A DNA stretch of 34,953 bases from an uncultured Bacilli bacterium (GTDB lineage: Bacteria; Bacillota_I; Bacilli_A; RFN20; CAG-826): positions 1 to 34,953 of the forward strand of contig CAUWDL010000001.1 in the NCBI GenBank assembly GCA_963557285.1. The letters run 5' to 3'. The translations under genes and the position numbers were made by a program. Of the stretch, positions 29,235 through 34,953 are shown in pieces (the first letter of the stretch is position 1; the number at the start of each line of letters is the position of its first letter). The notes under the pieces are model-generated. The model did not search any database. It saw only the letters and a list, made by a program, of their open reading frames with translations, and was not told the DNA's origin.

Positions 29235-30872
29235 TCAAATTACCTCATAAATACCTCCGAAATAAGGTGGCAATTTATTATCTTTATTACTTAAGGTTTC
29301 ATAATTACTTATTATCATTTTTAATTTTAAAGGTGTATTAAATTTCGCAATTTTATTGCAGAAATTTAACAATATTAGATAAGTTCTATCTTGATACTTT
29401 CTATAAAAGCAGCAAACTTTTTTGTCTACGCTTCCTTTAATAAACTCACCATATTTTAAAACTTCATCGGAATTTCTTAAAGCTATCATTTTCTTATAAA
29501 AATTTAAAATAGAATTATCATCTTCTAGATTAGATTTTACATTAATTTTCTTGTACCTTGAGTTGATCTTAATCCACGGTTTAAAACCATCGTTAAATCC
29601 ACCGTTTATTGAATCATTCCAAGCAATTGGAGCTCTAGCGTGATCTCTATTCAAAGTTTCATTTACCATTTTCCAAGCAACTCTATCTGACAAATGCGTA
29701 ACTTTTTTAACAGTGTCAAATGCAGCTAATGCCGCACAATCTTTGCATTCATCTTTACTAATAAATTCATAATTAAGTGTGCCAAACTCTTCGCCTTGAA
29801 AAATAAATGGCGTGCCTTTTAAGGTTAGCAATAAAATTGCTAATAATTTTGCACTTTCATTATAATAAACACCTTCATCTCCAAACCTAGATACACTTCT
29901 TAGTTGGTCATGATTTTCTAAATAATTAGCAATATATGGAACGCCCGTTTGCCGTTTAAATATAGGATTGATCAATCTTTTTGCACTAAATTTTCTTTTT
30001 ATTACAGGTAATAATTTCGACTTATCAGCATATATATGATCAAATTCAAAAAACATGTCTAAGCATCTTTCTTCAAGAAGTTTGTTGCCTATTTCTAAAT
30101 TGATTTGCCCTGTTTCTCCAACCAAAAATGTATCATAATTATCTAAAACTTCTAATCTAAATTTCTTTAATATTTTAAACATTCCTTCTTGATTACAATA
30201 GTATTTAACACCTTTATTATAAAGTTTTAATCTAGAATCATTTTGTAATGTTGTTTTAAAAATATTATTTATAACATCACATCTAAATCCATATACACCT
30301 TTATCTAGCCGAAATTTTAATATATCTTCAACTTCTAAAATTACATTTTCATTCTTATAATTTAAATCTGCTTGTGTTGGGCAATATAGCCTTAAATAAT
30401 ATTCATCTTTTGAACCAGGAAGTTTTTCCCATGCCTTTCCAGTAAAACAGCTATCCCAATTATTTGGTGGTTTCTTTTCAGTACCTTTTCTAATAATATA
30501 GTAATCTCTATATTTGCTATTTGAGTCACTAATAGCCTTTTTAAACCATTCATGTTGTGTTGAAGTATGGTTTATTACCAAATCCATTACAATTAAAATA
30601 TCTCTTTTTTTAGCTTCTTGAATAAGCATTTCAAAATCATTCATTGTGCCGAATCTAGGATTAATTTTCTTATAATCGCTAATATCATAGCCCATATCAT
30701 TCATCGGTGAGTCATAAATTGGCGATAACCGAATAATTCCAATACCTAATTCTTTTAGATAATCCAATTTAGAAATAATTCCTTGTATATCACCCCATCC
30801 ATCATTATTTGAATCTTTAAATGAAGCTGGATAAATTTGATATATGACTCTTTCTTTAAACGCTTTGCTCAT
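29235..30872 (-). CDS. GH13 alpha-glucosidase / oligo-1,6-glucosidase-like
   Basis: It carries YQIYPASF, DLVINHTS, GFRCDVIN, VGE and LENHDQ conserved regions. Alternative ATG starts are at 30872 and 30887; both overlap the end of the transporter gene. Confidence 0.85.
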   Translation of the reverse strand: MSKAFKERVIYQIYPASFKDSNNDGWGDIQGIISKLDYLKELGIGIIRLSPIYDSPMNDMGYDISDYKKINPRFGTMNDFEMLIQEAKKRDILIVMDLVINHTSTQHEWFKKAISDSNSKYRDYYIIRKGTEKKPPNNWDSCFTGKAWEKLPGSKDEYYLRLYCPTQADLNYKNENVILEVEDILKFRLDKGVYGFRCDVINNIFKTTLQNDSRLKLYNKGVKYYCNQEGMFKILKKFRLEVLDNYDTFLVGETGQINLEIGNKLLEERCLDMFFEFDHIYADKSKLLPVIKRKFSAKRLINPIFKRQTGVPYIANYLENHDQLRSVSRFGDEGVYYNESAKLLAILLLTLKGTPFIFQGEEFGTLNYEFISKDECKDCAALAAFDTVKKVTHLSDRVAWKMVNETLNRDHARAPIAWNDSINGGFNDGFKPWIKINSRYKKINVKSNLEDDNSILNFYKKMIALRNSDEVLKYGEFIKGSVDKKVCCFYRKYQDRTYLILLNFCNKIAKFNTPLKLKMIISNYETLSNKDNKLPPYFGGIYEVI

Positions 30873-32385
30873 TTTCTTTTCTCTCATTTATTTTTTGCAC
30901 CATTAAAGAATGATTCTCTTCATTAATTTTATAAGTATATTTAGTAACGAAAAAACACGCTATCATCAAAATCATTGGAACAAGCGCAAATCCTACTTGA
31001 AATACTATCCTCTGCCACAATTCAACAGTCTTTAATATTTCATCAGCTTTTTCTCCAACGTATTGTCCTACTAAAGTAGCGTTATCACCAAATTGAATAA
31101 TTGCATCACTTTCAAAACCACTGATTTGATTAGATATAGCTAAAAGTCCTCCAGCTAATAGTGAACCATATAAAATTACTTGTTGTATAGAGCTCCCCAG
31201 TTTAGCGGTAAACGCTCTTAAACTAAATACTGCCGATTCCCTTCTTTCGTTATATTTATATTCGTTATACTCGATTGAATCCTGAATATTAATGTATAAA
31301 ATAAGTGAAATTATAGTTTGTGCAAAAAAGATTATAAAACCTAGAACACACATTAAAGGGTAAAATTGAAAAGGATCTAAGAATACATAAAAGAACAAGA
31401 ATAAATAGCCAATAATTGTAATCCAAGAACATATTGAAAAAAGTTTCATTCGACTAATGTGAAATTTATTTGTTAACAACGGATATAAAAATTGTCCTAA
31501 AAGTGTCGCAACCGCAAATACAATTGTAAATATTAACTGATACGTCCCTGCAACTGAATAGCCAAAGTTAAAATAAAAATAATTTAATCCTAACGATACT
31601 AAAACTGATGAACCTGTGTAATAAAGTAAAATGCTAATTATTGAGCTTCGGACTTGATCATTCTTCTTCAAAACCAAGAATATATCTTTAAATTTCATAT
31701 TTTCACTATCTTTTATGTTGCTTTCATCTTCCTTTTTCTCTTTCATAAAAACAACTAAAATTAATTGTGAAAGTGCATACAAAATAGAAGCCGCTAACGC
31801 AAACCATTTGTAAGAAATTGTATATCCTAATTTACTGGACAATATAGGGACTAAACCACCGGCTGCAAAACTGCCAATAGAGACAAATATCGATAATGTC
31901 GTTGTTAAATTAGCCCTAACTTTTTCTTTATTAGATAAAGAAGGCAGAACACTCCAAAACGCAATATCATTTATTGTATAAGTCATATCCCATAAAAAAT
32001 AGAATATTGCAAACCATGCAACGTATGCCCATCCATGAACAGGTAACCAAAACATTAAAATTGTAACTATGCAACTTAATACAGCTCCTAAGCCAATCCA
32101 TGGACGATATTTACCGAATTTTCTAAATTTAGATTTTTCGATTAAATATCCCATGATTGGATCGTTAAAGCCATCCCGAATTCTTAAAACGATTATGATA
32201 ATTGTAATTGCTGAATACATAGCAACATAATCAGTGTTTTGACCGATGCCACAATATTGAGCAAACATCAACAAGAACATTGATACGAATTGATAAAGAA
32301 GGTCTCTAAACATTCCACTAGAGCAATAAAGCCACTTAGTTGCTTTAGGGACATTTTCACCCTCAAAGGTCTTATTTTTGAACAT
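30856..32385 (-). CDS. glycoside-pentoside-hexuronide (GPH/MelB-LacS type) cation symporter
   Basis: 509 aa with about 12 TM segments and the RDGFNDPIMGYLIE motif typical of GPH transporters. A GGAG SD is present. Confidence 0.8.
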   Translation of the reverse strand: MFKNKTFEGENVPKATKWLYCSSGMFRDLLYQFVSMFLLMFAQYCGIGQNTDYVAMYSAITIIIIVLRIRDGFNDPIMGYLIEKSKFRKFGKYRPWIGLGAVLSCIVTILMFWLPVHGWAYVAWFAIFYFLWDMTYTINDIAFWSVLPSLSNKEKVRANLTTTLSIFVSIGSFAAGGLVPILSSKLGYTISYKWFALAASILYALSQLILVVFMKEKKEDESNIKDSENMKFKDIFLVLKKNDQVRSSIISILLYYTGSSVLVSLGLNYFYFNFGYSVAGTYQLIFTIVFAVATLLGQFLYPLLTNKFHISRMKLFSICSWITIIGYLFLFFYVFLDPFQFYPLMCVLGFIIFFAQTIISLILYINIQDSIEYNEYKYNERRESAVFSLRAFTAKLGSSIQQVILYGSLLAGGLLAISNQISGFESDAIIQFGDNATLVGQYVGEKADEILKTVELWQRIVFQVGFALVPMILMIACFFVTKYTYKINEENHSLMVQKINERKENEQSV

Positions 32386-32483
32386 ATTATTTCTCCAAAA
32401 ATGTATTTCTTATACATCCATTATACAACCTTTTATAAAATATGTTCTAGAGGATAAATTATTCGTGTTTTATAAGCAAAAAT

Positions 32484-32532
32484 AAAAAGTGACTTTTAGT
32501 CTATATATGTAAGACTAAACTAAGTCACTTTT
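32484..32532 (-). terminator. rho-independent terminator after eno
   Basis: The minus strand reads AAAAGTGACTTAG...AGTCT-loop-AGACT...AAGTCACTTTTTATTTTT. Confidence 0.8.
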
Positions 32533-32546
32533 AAAAAGTTTATTTA

Positions 32547-33851
<1,305 letters not shown>

Positions 33852-33959
33852 TTATAAAATCTCCTTTAAAGACGTTAATATTATATATTAAAAAATTAAG
33901 AGGTTAAAGATATTTGATACATTTTAAGAGTTCCTAAAAAATTTATTTCAATAAATAAT

Positions 33960-33986
33960 AAAGAGCTAGTTTTAAACTAACTCTTT
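33960..33986 (-). terminator. hairpin terminator after the GNAT-like gene
   Basis: AAAGAGCTAGTT-tta-AACTAACTCTTT (one mismatch), followed by a weak T-rich tract on the minus strand. Confidence 0.45.
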
Positions 33987-34010
33987 ACTAATAAATAACA
34001 ATTTAAAAAA

Positions 34011-34457
34011 TTAATTAGCACTTCTTTTTTCAACTACAAAATTAAATTGTTCACCTATCTTTTCAAAGCATTTAACTGACTTGAATCCAGATTTATTAAA
34101 TTTCTCTATATATTTAACATCTACAACAGCTGATATTTTATCATATTTGTTATTAGCGATTAATTCATCACATTTTTTTAAAAATACATCTAATGCAAAA
34201 TCAGCATCTGTTTTAGTAGTTGCAATAATTAATATATCACCTGATTTGTTAAAACCAATAGCGCCAACAGGTTTTTTATCATTATTAACGCAAATAAAAA
34301 ATTTAGTATCTGATTTTTGATTTTTAGGTTGAGACATTAAGAATTTAAATTCATTTCCTAAATTAAAATCTGGTGCTCTTGCAATTACAATGCCATTAGA
34401 AGCAAATCTAGTAACTTCATCTTTATAACTATCTTTATAATCAACAATATTTTTCAT
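34011..34457 (-). CDS. small acyl-CoA N-acyltransferase (GNAT)-like protein
   Basis: 148 aa. The pattern VGAIGF...ILIIAT...DVFLKKCDELI...ISAVVDV...KFNKSGF resembles a GNAT fold, but the CoA-binding motif is degenerate. Confidence 0.35.
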   Translation of the reverse strand: MKNIVDYKDSYKDEVTRFASNGIVIARAPDFNLGNEFKFLMSQPKNQKSDTKFFICVNNDKKPVGAIGFNKSGDILIIATTKTDADFALDVFLKKCDELIANNKYDKISAVVDVKYIEKFNKSGFKSVKCFEKIGEQFNFVVEKRSAN

Positions 34458-34459
34458 AA

Positions 34460-34953
34460 TTAATCCACACTAATATACACAGGAGCATATGTTCTTTGCT
34501 CTTCTATAGCATTAAACATATTTATATAATAAATTTCAAATCTATTGTATGTTTTTATTGTATCATTTATAAGAATGATATATAAAAAACTCAAAGCAGA
34601 TATGAAGAAAGAACCAAATATAACATCATATTCTTTAAAATAATCAAAAAATCCACGACTACCTTCAAAATGCAAAATCGATACTAAATCTTGATGAAAA
34701 TAATCAGTTAACATCAAAATAGAACTTAAAACCACTGATGTAATAGAAACAATAAAAAGAAGAATAAACAAGAATCTCACAACTTTTTTTAATCTAAATT
34801 TCTTTGTTTTCGGAACAAATTTTCTCAGTGTGATTTCTTGATTGGAAGTATTACCACCACAATATTGAAAATAAGGATCAATGTAAACATCTCTTCCATG
34901 CGTAGAAGTTATAATTCTTTCTCGCTTATCTTCTACAACAATATCATAAAATT
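34460..34953 (-). CDS. membrane protein, 5'-truncated by the window edge
   Basis: The 106-aa ORF in the track starts at GTG, but the frame stays open upstream to the window end (FYDIVVEDKRERIITSTHGRDVYIDPYFQYCGGNTSNQEITLRKFVPKTKKFRLKKV-VRFLFILLF...). The real start therefore lies beyond 34953. Confidence 0.5.
   Translation of the reverse strand, partial: FYDIVVEDKRERIITSTHGRDVYIDPYFQYCGGNTSNQEITLRKFVPKTKKFRLKKVVRFLFILLFIVSITSVVLSSILMLTDYFHQDLVSILHFEGSRGFFDYFKEYDVIFGSFFISALSFLYIILINDTIKTYNRFEIYYINMFNAIEEQRTYAPVYISVD

Overview
The window is 34.9 kb of visibly AT-rich DNA (roughly 30% GC by eye, not computed) from a low-GC Gram-positive-type genome, possibly Erysipelotrichia, Acholeplasma or an anaerobic Mollicutes relative. 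That placement is an inference from gene content and the rRNA-leader motif. Long ORFs are intact under the standard code and Trp is TGG, so this is not a UGA=Trp Mycoplasma. About 30 of 33 genes lie on the minus strand with very short or overlapping junctions. From left to right on plus coordinates: (1) an rRNA-operon-type promoter and leader firing leftwards out of the window; (2) a seven-gene, translationally coupled operon of multidomain flavodiiron protein, MazG-like, GlpA-like FAD/2Fe-2S dehydrogenase, FAD/NAD(P) oxidoreductase, DUF1667, lipase-like alpha/beta hydrolase and GlpK; (3) a 412-aa orphan; (4) mntR next to a frameshifted mntP; (5) a degenerate EAL membrane protein co-transcribed with proS; (6) a lone tRNA-Ser(CGA); (7) nfnAB; (8) a small orphan, a CofE-like ligase, an Fe-ADH, a macro-domain/HTH fusion, DegV, a Cof-type HAD and a YolD-like protein; (9) a five-gene glycoside-utilisation operon (GPH symporter, GH13, GH36, GH2, unknown membrane protein); (10) enolase, a GNAT-like protein and a truncated membrane protein. 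I found no CRISPR array, transposase, integrase or recognisable defence gene. The best candidate for something undescribed is the flavodiiron/three-component G3P-dehydrogenase/lipase/GlpK operon, which may be a self-contained, H2O2-free glyceride-to-DHAP module. Secondary candidates are the 412-aa orphan, the macro-HTH fusion, the CofE-like ligase, the dead-EAL protein, the split mntP and a set of apparently leaderless genes. All protein calls rest on motif recognition by eye; no database search was run.
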